This document shows positions 42,348 to 56,060 of a stretch of DNA of 64,000 bases, piece after piece. Location: contig OX597814.1 of the NCBI GenBank assembly GCA_951406725.2, forward strand, positions 29,202,001 to 29,266,000, written 5' to 3'. The position numbers and the translations under genes are program-made. Every line of letters starts with the position of its first letter. The stretch's first letter is position 1. The notes beneath the pieces were generated by a model. The model ran no database searches and was not told the origin of the DNA. It saw only the letters and a program-made list of their open reading frames with translations. This stretch comes from Octopus vulgaris (lineage: Eukaryota).

Positions 42348-43950
42348 GGACGCACACAAACACTCACAGTTATGGACGTACGCACGCACACGGATATTAA
42401 TTTGTAGCATCCAACAAGAAGACCTCTTTCTTGTCACACGCCCTGCTAGAAATAGCAGCTAAAATCTCAGACAACTAACACGTTACCGTCTTTGAAGCAG
42501 GTCACATTGTATGACGAAGGCCAAGGTGCACTGTTGCAGTAAGAGAAAAAAAAGAAAAGACGTGATGGTCACGGCTTGATTGTTTTGATCATATGCCTGT
42601 TCGATCAGAGAAAGCATAAGCTTAGACAACAACTACAACAACAACAACTATGCACATGAAGGCCAACACAAACATATACAGAAATATATGTAACGCCATT
42701 AAATATACATACACACAGGCACACCTACTTACATACATACATTCAAACATGCATCAATCCATAAATACACACACACGCACGCATACATACATACATACAT
42801 ACATAAATACACACACGCACATACATACATACAGGCTCACATACATACATATATACATACATACATACATACATACACACATACATACATACACACGCAC
42901 GCATACATACATACACACACATACATGCTCATATACACACATACATACATACATACATGCATACATACATGCAAACATACATACACACATATATACATGC
43001 ATGCATACATACACAAATACATACATATATACATACATACATACATACATACATACATACATACATACATACATACATGCATACATACATACACACATAC
43101 ATACATACATACATACGTACATACATACATACATACATACATACATACATACATACATACATACATACATACATACATACACACACACATACATACGTAC
43201 ATACATACATACGTACATACATACACACGTACATATATACATACATACACACATACATAGATACATACATACATATATACATACATACATGCATACATAC
43301 ATACATACATACATACATACATACATACATACATGCATACATACATACATCCCTATGCAATCAAGCGAGCCATCATGGACACATACATGTAATGAAGACA
43401 CATACACAAACATATATACACACACAAAAGTAAAGAAAACAATAAGTCCCCACACATACGCATGGATTGAATCACACACCCAAAAAAGGAGAATAAACCA
43501 ATAAACGCACGCACACACATACATGCTTACAAGCATACATACTTATAAACATACACACACATACAAACATGCATATATGAAGGCAATCAGACATATACAT
43601 ATTAGAGAGAAGCAAGCAAATAGTTACAGTGTTAAATATGCCAATACTCACACACAAAACACAACCACATCCATATACAAACATTTGCATTTATAAGGCT
43701 AACAAGCAAACAGACTCAGAGGTAAACACACCAACGCATACACATCTAATATTAAACAAAAAATAAACCATACACATCGAAGCAATAAACATGTAGACAC
43801 ACTAACAAGAAATAAAAGTACAGTTAAATACCAACATCCATACAAATATACTGACATATGTGCAAACAAACACCAGTATACACATGCAAAATATACACAC
43901 GTACACGCGCACGCACGCAGGCGCACATATACTGAGTATTCAACATGCAA
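40270..43950. repeat. Extended (CA)n/(CATA)n degenerate microsatellite field
   Basis: Source of the HT/VC/YI-repeat ORFs in the track. Confidence 0.9.
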
Positions 43951-44206
43951 ACGCGTTTATATACGAGCGAAAAGTGGAGCATATTTCTGGTCGGAAGTTT
44001 GTTGTCATCGAATTCAAAACTCACATAGACAATAACCAGCAAGTTTTCACGTTCATTTATTGAAAAAAAAAGAATAAAAATTTCGCTCATGTGCTTTCTA
44101 TGTATGGAGTCTCTCACTCATTCAACCGTGGGCCATCATTAAAATGCATAGAAAAGCTTGAATATACATGTATATATGCATACATATATATACATAAATA
44201 CACACA

Positions 44207-44313
<107 letters not shown>

Positions 44314-44691
44314 GAGTTTCATCACTTCATCGCCTCTAGGATTGTACGTGGTGAGAAACTACGCATCGATGGAGTGAATTGTCAGTAATGAGCGATTACA
44401 AACACATACACACACAAACACACACACACACACACTTCAATAACTATACACCTTCATAAGAGAGAGAAAGATGGACAGACAGAGAAAGATTCAGTTTATT
44501 TCAATAGAATTCCTTTCTCGCGACAGGAGAGTTAGGTTCTCGCCCGATGGTGGCCAAGGCATGAAACTTGAGTCATCAAAGAGGAATTCTGTTAAAATTT
44601 ATCATCTGTCCTGCGATTTAAATTGTATGCCTTCTACCTTGTTTTATGACAGGTACCAGCATACATACATACATACACTCACACACACACA

Positions 44692-44739
<48 letters not shown>

Positions 44740-44899
44740 TACATACACACACACAAAACCACATTCATATGTGTGTGTGTTCCCAATATTGTAAAGATTT
44801 CTAGTTGACAACCGATGAAGTTTATGCACGTTTGTGTGTGCTGTATATTCGTTTTTCGGGTATATTCCTTCGTTGTTCGTTTGTATTACTTTTTGTATA

Positions 44900-44930
<31 letters not shown>

Positions 44931-45297
44931 CATGCATATGAATGTGTGTATACATATACGTATTTATGTATGTATGTATGTTTGTATGTATGTATGTATG
45001 TATGTATCTATGTATGTATGTATGTGCGTGTGTGTGTATATATGCGATTGAAGTTTGGAAGACACCAGTTAACCATTCAAAAACATACAGACTTATCTTC
45101 ACTTAAACATTTATTTCTTGGTATATGAGAGCTAGTCATTGACAAGGATACTCTGCGTCTAATATGTGAGTGGATACACGCACGCACACACATACACACA
45201 GTGTTTTCTTACTGAACAAAGTGTCTAACGTCTTTTGTAAAATTAATTTTTATTTACCAATCAACATTTTAAGATAAAGTACGGAATTTGAGGAAAC

Positions 45298-46228
45298 ACA
45301 TGAGGGAGAACGTTGACAACGCATGAGGGAGAGTGTCGACAACACATGAGAGAGAGTGTCGACAACAAATGAAGGAGAATGTCGACAACAAATCAGGAAG
45401 AGTGTCGACAACAAATCAGGGAAAGTGTCGACAAGAAATGAGGAAGAGTGTCGACAACAAATGAGGGAGAGTGTCGACAACACATGAGGAGAGTGTCGAC
45501 AGCAAATGAGGAAGAGTGTCGACAAAAAATGGGGGAGAGTGTCGACAACAAATGAGGGAGAGTGTCGACAACACATGAGGAGAGTGTCGACAGCAAATGA
45601 GGAAGAGTGTCGACAACAAATGAGAGAGAGTGTCGACAGCAAATGAGGGAGAGTGTCGACAACACATGAGGAGAGTGTCGACAGCAAATGAGGAAGAGTG
45701 TCGACAACACATGAGGGAGAGTGTCGATAACACATGAGGGAGAGTGTCGACAACACATGAGGGAGAGTGTCGATAACACATGAGGGAGAGTGTCGACAAC
45801 ACACGAAGGAAAGTGTCGACAACAAATAAGGGGAGTGTCGACAACAAATGAGGGATAGTGTCGACAACAACAAATGAGGGAGAGTATCGATAACACATGA
45901 GGGAGAGTGTCGACAACAACAAATGAGGAAGAGTGTCGATAACACATGAGGGAGAGTGTCGACAACACATGAGGGAGAGTGTCGATAACACATGAGGGAG
46001 AGTGTCGACAACACATGAGGGAGAGTGTCGATAACACATGAGGGAGAGTGTCGACAACACATGAGGAAGAGTGTCGATAACACATGAAGGATAGTGTCGA
46101 CAACAACAAATGAGGGAGAGTGTCGAGAACAAATGAGGAAGAGTGTCGATAACACATGAGGGAGAGTGTCGACAACACATGAGGGAGAGTGTCGACAACA
46201 CATGAGGGAGAGTGTCGACAACAAATGA
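45298..46228 (+). repeat. 23-bp minisatellite, about 40 copies
   Basis: Unit gagggagagtgtcgacaacacat contains the palindrome TGTCGACA. No unique spacers. Confidence 0.95.
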
Positions 46229-46694
46229 TCCAAAATCTAGAGGTATGGGATATTGCTTAATTTAATTGTGATAGGCTTTTGTCTTTTATGGAAGCGTTAG
46301 AAACCAGAGGAAGACGAATCATTTTTTTATAGGCTTGAATGTGAAAAATAAGAATTTTAGGTTTTGTGTTTTTCTTGTCTTGTAGATATTTACAAGAAAA
46401 GATTTTAATAGATAAATAAATGGATCTCGGTCAGAATTTCCAACCATGAGTGTTGAGTAGTTCGATCAACTAAACTACCAGGCTCATTGAATAACATGTT
46501 AGTGGCCGAGTATTCCGAAGAGCTCTCTAAACTTAAAATTAACGTAGTTCTCAGGGAGATTCAGCATGACACAGAATGTGACAAGGCTGGCCCCTTTTAA
46601 TTAAAACTCATTTTTTTCAGCTGAGTGGACGGGATCAACGTAAAATAAAGTGTTTTACTCAACGAACAATGCACTGCCATTTTCATAATATTTT

Positions 46695-47130
46695 TGTCTC
46701 AAATTTTGGCACAACGTCAGGGGTCAACAGGTACTTATTTTATCAATTATGAAAGGATGAAAATCTAAGTCGACCTCGGCGGAATTTGAACTCAGGACGC
46801 AAAGACAGACACAATGCCACTAAGCATTTTTTTCCGGTGTGCTAACGATTCTGCCAGCTCGCCGCCTTTGATAAGCAATATATTACAAAACAATAATCTT
46901 TTCTGCTGGAAGCACAAGGCCTCAAATTTGGGGGAAGGGATTAAGTCGATTACATCGACCCCAGTGCGTAACTGGTATTTATTTAATCGACCCCGAGAGG
47001 ATGAAAAGCAAAGTCGACCACGGCGGAATTTGAACTCACAACGTAGCGACAGGCGAAATACCTATTTCTTTAGACGAAATACCGCTGAACATTTCGCCCG
47101 GCATGCTAACGATTCTGCCAGTTCGCCGCT
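46695..47130 (-). mobile_element. SINE family A copies
   Basis: Two reverse-complement heads and cores. Confidence 0.85.
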
Positions 47131-47224
47131 TTATTTTGATAATTAATATATTATAAAATGATAATAAAATCAAGTACGTGTATAGATAGATAGATAGACA
47201 GATGTTCAATCAGCACTCAGACAT

Positions 47225-47275
<51 letters not shown>

Positions 47276-47554
47276 AACATAGAGGAATGCCAGTGTAATA
47301 GTCGACTGTTAATGTGGGAATAGCATGACTGCTGGTGGTTGAATAACTATGAAAATACTTACGATCCTCTTGTGATAGCAGAAGAGGTAAAATATTGCGA
47401 ATTCATCCAGTAAAGCGTTTCTAAGTGTTGTTTTGATAGTTTAAGCTGTTCATAGCCTCCTTAGTGTAATCGCTAACGCGGTGGCTCCTACCTATAGCAC
47501 GTACGAATTTCGACTCCATTGAACAGTTCCGTAAACTTTTTCTGTCTCAAGACC

Positions 47555-47707
47555 ACTGGTGTAGCGTGGGGTATCTAGGGAGTGAAGACCGCACAGGGTG
47601 GCCACTTGATGAGGGTAACATATGCTGAAAGTAATGCTACGTTTAGGAAAGGGAGCCGCCAATTTGGCAACCACACAGAGCGGACACAACCCACATTACG
47701 CCAATGT
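47555..47707. mobile_element. Old hAT-like MITE
   Basis: Ends cactggtgtagcgtgggg / cccacattacgccaatg, with a degenerate 8-bp TSD (ctcaagac/ttgaagat). Confidence 0.45.
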
Positions 47708-48096
47708 TGAAGATGTACACCTCAGTGGATTGTCTTTTATATTTTATCGCTTTCCATAAAAAAAAGATTAAAAGATATACTTCGCAATATATTACGATTT
47801 TATACTAACCTCTCAAATGTATTGCTTCAGATTTCAACTGCGGCCATGCTGGAGCACCGCCTTAAACGGTTTAGTTGAACAAATCGACCCCAGTATTTAT
47901 TGTTTAAGCTTGAAAGTGATTCTGTTGGGCTCTTTTGTCGAACTGCTAGTTACGGGGACATAAATAAACCAACGTCGATTGTCAAGCGGTAGCTGGGGGA
48001 CAAACACATGTACAAAGACACACACATATATATTATGTATATATCTATGAATTGGATTGAATTTTTTTTTCTTCAGTTGCATGGTACAAAGCTCTT

Positions 48097-48482
48097 TTCT
48101 ACTCTCGGCACAAGGCCTGAAATTTAGGGGGAGGGTGCCAGTCGATTAGATCGACCACAATACGCAACTGGTACTTAATTTATCGATCCCGAAAGGATGA
48201 AAGGCAAAGTCGACCTCGGCGGAATTTGAACTCAGAACGTAAAGACAGACGAAATACCTATTTCTTTACTACCCACAAGGGGCTAAACACAAAGAGGACA
48301 AACAAGGACAGACAAACGGATTAAGTCGATTATATCGACCCCCAGTGCGTAACTGGTACTTATTAAATCGACCCCCACGAAAGGATGAAAGGCAAAGTCG
48401 ACCTCGGCGGAATTTGAACTCAGAACGTAACGGCAGACGAAATACGGCCGGCGTGCTAACGATTCTTCCAACTCGCCGCCTT
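48097..48482 (-). mobile_element. SINE family A dimer with 15-bp TSD
   Basis: TGGTACAAAGCTCTT at 48082-48096 and 48483-48497. Confidence 0.93.
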
Positions 48483-49355
48483 TGGTACAAAGCTCTTACT
48501 AAACGGCAGATGAATCTTGAAGATTTTCTACTATTACACTAACGCAGAATTTCGATTGAAACTTTTTCCTCATGTCTCACTAGTTTCATGTGTTCCCGAT
48601 TGATATTAATGTCATATCACCGAAAATTAGACTTTCGATTATCCTGTGCCACTTCCTCCATAAAAAAAAAATCCAGTTAATTCCACTCCGAACCTTCCCC
48701 AATTGTGGATGAAGTTTGTAGCAGTAAAGAGCATAGCATATTTTCAACCAGAATATCATAACTTAGTAATTGAGCTTCGTTAAAAATCAGAAACAATAGA
48801 TTTCTGGTTACGTAAGAAAGAATATGACATGGAATAGAGAGAGCATGGCTTTGATGAGATTGCGAATGGTGACGAAAGGTCTAAAACAAACATAGCTGAT
48901 TGATTAACAGACCAAACGATTAATCAAAGAATCGATTACCTAATTGGTTAAATAGTTAACCAGATGACAAACAAATAATAAAAGTGAGATAGAACCAGTA
49001 CATGGGTTTTTTATTGGTATAATGACTCTGCCGAGATACAACAAATTTTGAGAGCGTTTTACAAATATACATTTGAGAGGTAAGTATAAAATCGTAATAT
49101 AATGCGAAGTATATTTTTTAAATCTTTTTTGTGGAAAACGATAAAATATAAAGTGTAGGAATTAATGCTCAAAACCTTCTCTGGACTTCTGAAACTAATC
49201 AAATCAATATGTTTGATGTTTACATTGAACATCAATAAGGCTACAAGGAGCAAAGAAGCCATGAGGGCGAGTAGAGAATTCTACAAAAAGGTGGTAATGA
49301 AGTGATTGATGCAGAGCCTGCAGGTGAGACATAGTAGAGGAGACGAAAGGAGGGA

Positions 49356-49403
<48 letters not shown>

Positions 49404-50186
49404 ATGTATATATATGTATATATATATCGGGTGGAATTGAGTAGAAGTGACATGCAACTTTCTGGTTCAAAGGATTAACAGTTGAGGTAAGGATGAAATA
49501 AGATGCAAGAGGAGAGCGAGCATGTCTGTGAGACCAAATTTTTGTATTGTTTTAGTGAGCACATTTTTGATAATCGGTAAGATTATCACATTTTGAGCAC
49601 AGTCTTAAGACCTTCGTATACATAGTAATAGCGGTGTCCTATGTCGAGCAGCACTCCATTGCGTATCTTATCTAAGCTTTGAAGAGGATCACCAACAGAT
49701 CACAGCTATTTCCTATCTTTTGAGAAATATTTTAAGAAACTCTTATGTCACAAAAACAGTATTCGTTTAAAATAGCTATCTCTGATACTGTACGTCTATA
49801 AGTGATATTATCTCAAGAGTAATACCGAAGTCAATTTCGCTTTCCGTGATGTATCTGCATTAAGTAAGATACATAGGTTGATATTTAAAAAAAAAAAACA
49901 TCCTGAGAAACATCAATTAGTGTGAATACTATAAAATTCATACTTCTTACACAATTTTTTCGTGGAGGTTGTAAATTTCTGATGGATTTTACAAAAATAT
50001 GACAGGATCTATAAATCAAATAAGAATACTAGAAGAATACCAGACTATACCTATTGAGCTTTTAAACACAGTTTCTAATGAAAATTGAACTGCATGATAT
50101 TATTACCCTTTCTTAATATTGTTGTTGAGCTAAGGCGTTCCAAGCCTTGACCAATCCATCTTGATATATATATATATATATATATA

Positions 50187-50478
50187 TCACCATCACCATC
50201 ATCACGTGACCGACCAGACCATCAGATGTTGTTACACATCGCTGGTCACAATGCATTCGCATTGTTTTAGCCTTCGAATTACGCCACCCCGCTAGCTAAG
50301 CGAGCAGGCCAACAGAAGAAAGAGTGAAAGAAAGAGTGGTGAAAGAGTACAGCAGGGATCACGACCCCCTGCCGGAGCCTCGTGGAGCTTTTTAAGGTGT
50401 TTTCGCTCAATAAACACTCACAACGCCCGGTCTGGGAATCGAAACCGCGATCCTACGACTGGGCCATTGCGCCTCCAC
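50187..50478 (-). mobile_element. SINE family C (tRNA-like head) with tail variant 2
   Basis: Head gtggaggcgcaatggccc...ggtttcgattcccag is shared with 54381, 55409 and 60147, but the 3' half differs. Confidence 0.88.
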
Positions 50479-50528
<50 letters not shown>

Positions 50529-50708
50529 TCTGTTTATTTCTTCGTGTTCCTTCCTTTTGAATAGCGTAGGTTCGAAACGTAAAAGACTTTCTCACCTTCC
50601 CGATCGTCAATCTAATACAACTGCTTCTTGTTTATACACCTGTCTTCGTCTTTTGTTTTTGTTTTTTTTTTTTGTAAATTCCAACTATATATATACATAT
50701 ATATATAT

Positions 50709-50827
50709 ATACATAGCCATATCAAGTTGAAAACACCGATTCTCGTTCGATCACCAAAGTTGAGCAACGTTGAGCCTAGTTAGTTCTTAGATGGGTGACT
50801 ACTTGGGAAATCTAAGTGCTATAAACA
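50709..50827 (+). pseudogene. 5S rRNA-derived sequence (diverged)
   Basis: gccatatcaagttgaaaacaccgattctcgttcgatcaccaaagttgagcaacg...ttagttcttagatgggtgactacttgggaa aligns by eye to metazoan 5S. Many substitutions and no poly-T terminator. Confidence 0.9.
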
Positions 50828-50991
50828 TATATTTAAAAAGGCAGTACTCCAGCATGGCCGCAGTTACATGACTGAAACAAGTAAAAGAATAAAAGAATAT
50901 TATATGTGTTGTGTGTGTTTGTATATATGTATATTTGTATGCATGTATACGTATGTATGTATGTATGTATGTATGTATTTATGTATGTATG

Positions 50992-51026
<35 letters not shown>

Positions 51027-52619
51027 GTATGTATGTATGTATGTATGTATGTATGTATACTAACAGAAAGACCACCTTCCGGGCGGTTTCATGCTAGACC
51101 CTTGATAACATGTTCACATTTGATTCCAATTCTAATAATTTTTATATTTTACGTCTAATTATTTCTTTGTATAATAATGCACTCTTGCTTAGTTGCTTTC
51201 ATTATTTTATCACAGTCATAATCTCTTTTCTAAACAAACATCACGGTAGTCCAACAACAGAGGGAGAAACAGTTTATCAAGTTTTACCTTTCCCTCAAAG
51301 CAACATAGAGATTTCAGTTTTGAAGTGTCTGTGTGTGTATGTGAGTGTGCGTATGAGTGTGTGTGAGAGAGAGAGAGAATGAGGGACGGAGAGAGAGAAC
51401 ATTGCAAACAGTGAATGAATAAATATGAAATTAAAAAAGTCGTATAAAGGAAAGGGCATTACTACAGATGTATACGCCTCATAACATTCAGAAAAATGAA
51501 TACTTTTGAACAAAATTTTCTACAAATACCGCTTAGATGTTGTGGCATGCTAACGTCTCTGTCAGTTCGCCGCCTTTTGCTTGTGTATATATTAGCTTAG
51601 TAGTACAGAATGTTTGGAAACTGTAAATAAGGTGCAAGTTTCGAGTACTTGCCGGTAAGTTTTTCTTTTTATCTCGTCTTCTAATAGTAATTACCAAACT
51701 TTCTAGACTCTTCTCACAGCTATCCCTCGTTCAAAAATTATACGGGTATTTTTTTTAATTTTCATTCAATAAGTAATGTATACATTAATAGAATAAACGA
51801 TCGGTTTTCCAAATAACGAATTAAAACTTAAAAGAGAAACTGAGAGACTTTACAAATGAAAATGGAATACTCTGCAGTGAATGCATTGAATATTTAAATC
51901 TGTGAAGAATTGGACGCAGTGAATGCAATGGATATTTAAATTTGCGAGAAAATGGAGTTTAAAAAATCCAATAAACCTGAGGAATTGAAATTATAGGAAA
52001 TTTCTTTGAACATGAATTAATAAAAATATTTCCAGACGGTCAACCCTTTAATAATTGCTTTCTTTTAGTACTTATAGTAATTGTTACATACACCTAATTA
52101 ATAAGCAGCTTTTTCCATTATAGTACAGACAACAAAAATCAGAACCGAAATTAATTTAAATTACATAAAACCCCTGTGTGGATGAAATAAATATGTAACC
52201 ATGTGCATGCGCACATGCAGGACTAAATCATCCTATATGTTTTTCCTTTTTAAAAAAACAAGTGGATGTGATTAGTGGGAGATTTCATTACTATTTCTAG
52301 CAAACCGAGGTTCTTTCCTTTGGCCCAGCCTCCTTAAAATTATTACTTTGTTTATTCGTGTAGATCTTCATTGCAAAATTCATAGAATTTGACATGTTCT
52401 GTGAATGAAATAATTCTAGTTTTAGAACCACCAAAGATATTCACTAAATCCCTGGACTTCATTGTGGGTGAGGACGTATATCTTCTTATGAACAGAAAAG
52501 GATACCTTAATCCGCAGCTAAGAACTGTTCAAGACAGTGAAAGAAGCCTGCTTGTCCCAAAAATATTGCATGAGAGAAGCAATCCCCAATCCCCTTCCTT
52601 TCTCTCTCTCTCTTTCTCT

Positions 52620-53210
52620 ACTATGACTGTGGGGTAAGAAGCTTATCTTCCGATAAGCGGTGAGCTGGCAGAAACGTTAGCACGCCGGGCGAAATGCTTA
52701 GCGGTATTTCGTCTGCCGCTACGTTCTGAGTTCAAAATCCGCCGAGGTCGACTTTGCCTTTCATCCTTTCGGGGTCGATTAAATAAGTACCAGTTACGCA
52801 CTGGGGTCGATATAATCGACTTAATCCGTTTGTCTGTCCTTGTTTGTCCTCTCTGTATTTCGCCCCTTGTGAGTAGTAAAGAAATGGGTATTTCGTCTGC
52901 TGCTACGTACTGAGTTCAAATTCCGCCGAGGTCGACTTTGCCCTTCATCCTTTCGGGGTCGATAAATTAAGTACCAGCTACGCATTGGGGTCGATATAAT
53001 CGTCTTAATCCCTTTGTCTGTCCTTGTTTGTCCCCTCTATGTTTAGCTCCTTGAGGACAAAAAAGAAATAAAAAGCTTACCTCCCAATCACATAGTTCCG
53101 GGTTCAATCTCACTGCGTGGTACCTTGGGCAAGTGTATTTTACTATAGCTTCGGGCCGACCAAAGCCTTGTGAGTGGATTTGGTAGACGGAAACTGAAAG
53201 AAGTCTGTCG

Positions 53211-53212
<2 letters not shown>
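52620..53212 (+). mobile_element. SINE family A dimer (about 52655-53070) nested in the head of a family B SINE
   Basis: The B head is interrupted at the duplicated aagcttatcttcc/aagcttacctccc and resumes at about 53072. Confidence 0.85.
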
Positions 53213-53283
<71 letters not shown>

Positions 53284-53697
53284 AAAGTAATAAATCAATG
53301 AAAGAAAATGGAGAAGAAAAATTTAAAAGATGCTTGGTTTGTTTTGATTGATTCTAGTTTCAGCCCATGAGCTGTGGCCATACTGGGGCACCGCCATTGC
53401 TGGGGCACCGCCATTATTTGTATTACAATTGGAAAAGTAATGCAAATTAAAAGATGAAAAATATACTTATAAGAATACAAAAGGAACCGCCTCAACCAAC
53501 AAAATAGCCCCCAAAATATTCCCAACATCTTTCTTCTCCATTTTCTTTTATAGACATTTTAATTTTAATTTTATGAGACTGTTTATACACATATATATTG
53601 ATGAACTTCCTATCAATATATTTGGTTAAACCCAGTTGGCATCAGGATTGTTTATAACAATTCCTTTCGTGGATATTGCTTCCTGAAATTCTGAATG

Positions 53698-53699
<2 letters not shown>

Positions 53700-53775
<76 letters not shown>

Positions 53776-54343
53776 TGTGTGTCTGTGTTTGTCCCACCCA
53801 TCCATCTTCGCTTGACAACCGGTGTTGGTGTGTTTACGTTCCTGTAGCTTCGCGGTTCGGCAAAGAGACCGATAGAATAAGTACTAGGCTTAAAGAAATG
53901 TCTCATGGTCGAATTGTTCGACAAAAACACTTCAAAGCGATGCTCCAGCATGGCCACAGTCAAATGACTGAAACAAGTAAAAGAATAAAATAATACACAT
54001 ATATAAACATGCATAGGCAACTGGTACTTAATTTATCGACCCCGAAATGATAAAAGAGAAAGTCGATCTCGGCGGAATTTGAACTCAGAAGGTAAAGACA
54101 GACGAAATACCTATTTCTTTATTACCCACAAGGGGCTAAACATAGAGGGGACAGACAAGAACAGACATAGGTATTAAGTCGATTACATCGACCCCAGTGC
54201 ATAACTGGTGCTTAATTTATCGACCTCGAAAGGATGAAAGGCAAAGTCGACCTCAGCGGAATTTGAACTCACAACGTAACGACAGACGAAATACCGCTAA
54301 GCATATCGCCTGGCGTGCTAACGTTTCTACCAGCTCGCCGCCT
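53700..54343. mobile_element. Family B 3' half (+, about 53775-53992) and family A dimer (-, about 54017-54343)
   Basis: Diagnostic family sequences. Confidence 0.85.
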
Positions 54344-54380
54344 TTATTTCTCTCACTTTATCTATCTCTTACATAAAGTC

Positions 54381-54723
54381 TTTCGATTCCCAGGTTTCGA
54401 TTCCCAGACCGGGCGTTGTGAGTGTTTATTGAGCGAAAACACCTATAAGTTCCACGAGGCTCCGGCAGGGGATGGTGGTGATCCCCGCTGTACTCTTTCA
54501 CCACAACTTTCTCTCACTCTTACTTCCTGTTTCTGTTGTACCTGTATTTCAAAGGGCCGGCCTTGTCACTCTCTGTGTCACACTGAATATCCCCGAGAAC
54601 TACGTTAAGGGTACACGTGTCTGTGGAGTGTTCAGCCACTTACACGTTAATTTCACGAGCAGGCTGTTCCGTTGATTCGGATCGACCGGAACCCTCGTCG
54701 TCGTAACCGACGGAGTGCTTCCA
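54381..54723 (+). mobile_element. SINE family C, tail variant 1 (5'-truncated)
   Basis: Near-identical to 60147-60533. Confidence 0.92.
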
Positions 54724-55020
54724 GTTCTTCTTTAGCTCTGTCGTCTCCACATTTTTGGCTGGGAGATATCCTCTAGCAACTTAAGTGATTTTTTTTTTGG
54801 AACTTGACAATAAACCGATTAAATTCTAAGAATTCTAAGTTTTACCCTAAATACCTTTTTTTTTCTACCCAAGATACCACCAGTAGAAGCCCTTGTTTCA
54901 ATTCTCTTCTTTACATGCACAACTGCATCATTATCATTTCCATTCATAGTTTAAACACTTTCGAACAACTTCCTCATCTCAGTTCTTTTGTGGATTCCTA
55001 ACAGCTTGTCTACTGATACT

Positions 55021-55410
55021 GGATTGGAAGCACTCCGTCAGTTACGACGATGAGGGTCCCGGTTGATCCGAATCAACGGAACAGCCTCCTCGTGAAATTA
55101 ACGTGTAAGTGGCTGAGCACTCCACAGACACGAGTACCCTTAACGTAGTTCTCGGGGATATTCAGCATGACACAGAGAATGACAAGGCCGGCCCTTTGAA
55201 ATACAGGTACAACAGAAACAGGAAGTAAGAGTGAGAGAAAGTTGTGGTGAAAGAGTACAGCAGGGATCACCACCATCCCCTGCCGGAGCCTCGTGGAACT
55301 TTAGGTGTTTTCGATCAATAAACACTCAGAACGCCCGGTCTGGGAATCGAAACCGCGATCCTATGACCGCGAGTCGGCTGCTCTAACCACTGGGCCATTG
55401 CGCCTCCACT
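55021..55410 (-). mobile_element. Full-length SINE family C with 10-bp TSD
   Basis: TACTGATACT at 55011-55020 and 55411-55420. A and B boxes are present. Confidence 0.95.
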
Positions 55411-55667
55411 TACTGATACTATGTACAAGACTATTTATTTGGTATCTTATTTTATGGAGCACAAAAATTGATGTCGATAAAATTTTCACTTCAAAACAAT
55501 GACAAACCAGATTATTTGACATTGGTCAGCTTCTCAAAGGTATTCTGCGTGAGATGCGGATCCTTCCTTAAAAAATTCAAATTTGATGTATTTGGGGGCC
55601 ATTCAGAACTTGGTGGATTTTAAATAGTCTTATGTGTCACAATTTGTTTAATTTTTGCTCACATAAT

Positions 55668-56060
55668 AAGCGCAGGAATGGCTGTGTGGTAAGAAGCTTG
55701 CTTCCCAGCCACATGGTTCTGGGTTCAATCCCACTGCGTGATACCTTAGGCTAGTATCTTCTATTATAGCTTCGGGCCGAGCAAAGCCTTGTGAATGGAT
55801 TTGGTAAGCAGAAACTGAAAGAAACCTGTCGTATACATACCAATGTGTGTGTCTCCCAGTGTCTATGTTTGTCCCCCACCACCACTTGGCAACCGGTGTT
55901 GGTGTGTTTACATCCTTGTAACTTTGCGATTAGGCAAAAGAGATTGATACAATAAGTACTAGGCTTAAAAAATGAACTAAGGTCGATTCTTCAAGGCAGT
56001 TCCTCGATGATATCCTTTACTTGTTTCAATCTAATGACTAAGACAAGTAAAAGACAAAGA
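55668..56060 (+). mobile_element. Older SINE family B copy
   Basis: Diverged head, core and tail. Confidence 0.85.

Noticed and set aside
40280-43536. HT/VC/YI/MYVC-repeat ORFs here and throughout the window
   Set aside because: Di- and tetranucleotide microsatellite read-throughs.
45250-46233. CRISPR-like array or 327-aa repeat protein
   Set aside because: Contiguous 23-bp units without unique spacers, no cas genes, eukaryotic context. The ORFs are a by-product of the repeat.
50709-50827. Functional 5S rRNA gene
   Set aside because: Solitary, many substitutions, no poly-T terminator, and fused to a SINE tail.
52389-52637. 82-aa ORF as a possible exon
   Set aside because: No recognisable motif, non-ATG start and no supporting neighbouring exons. 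It cannot be supported without a homology search.
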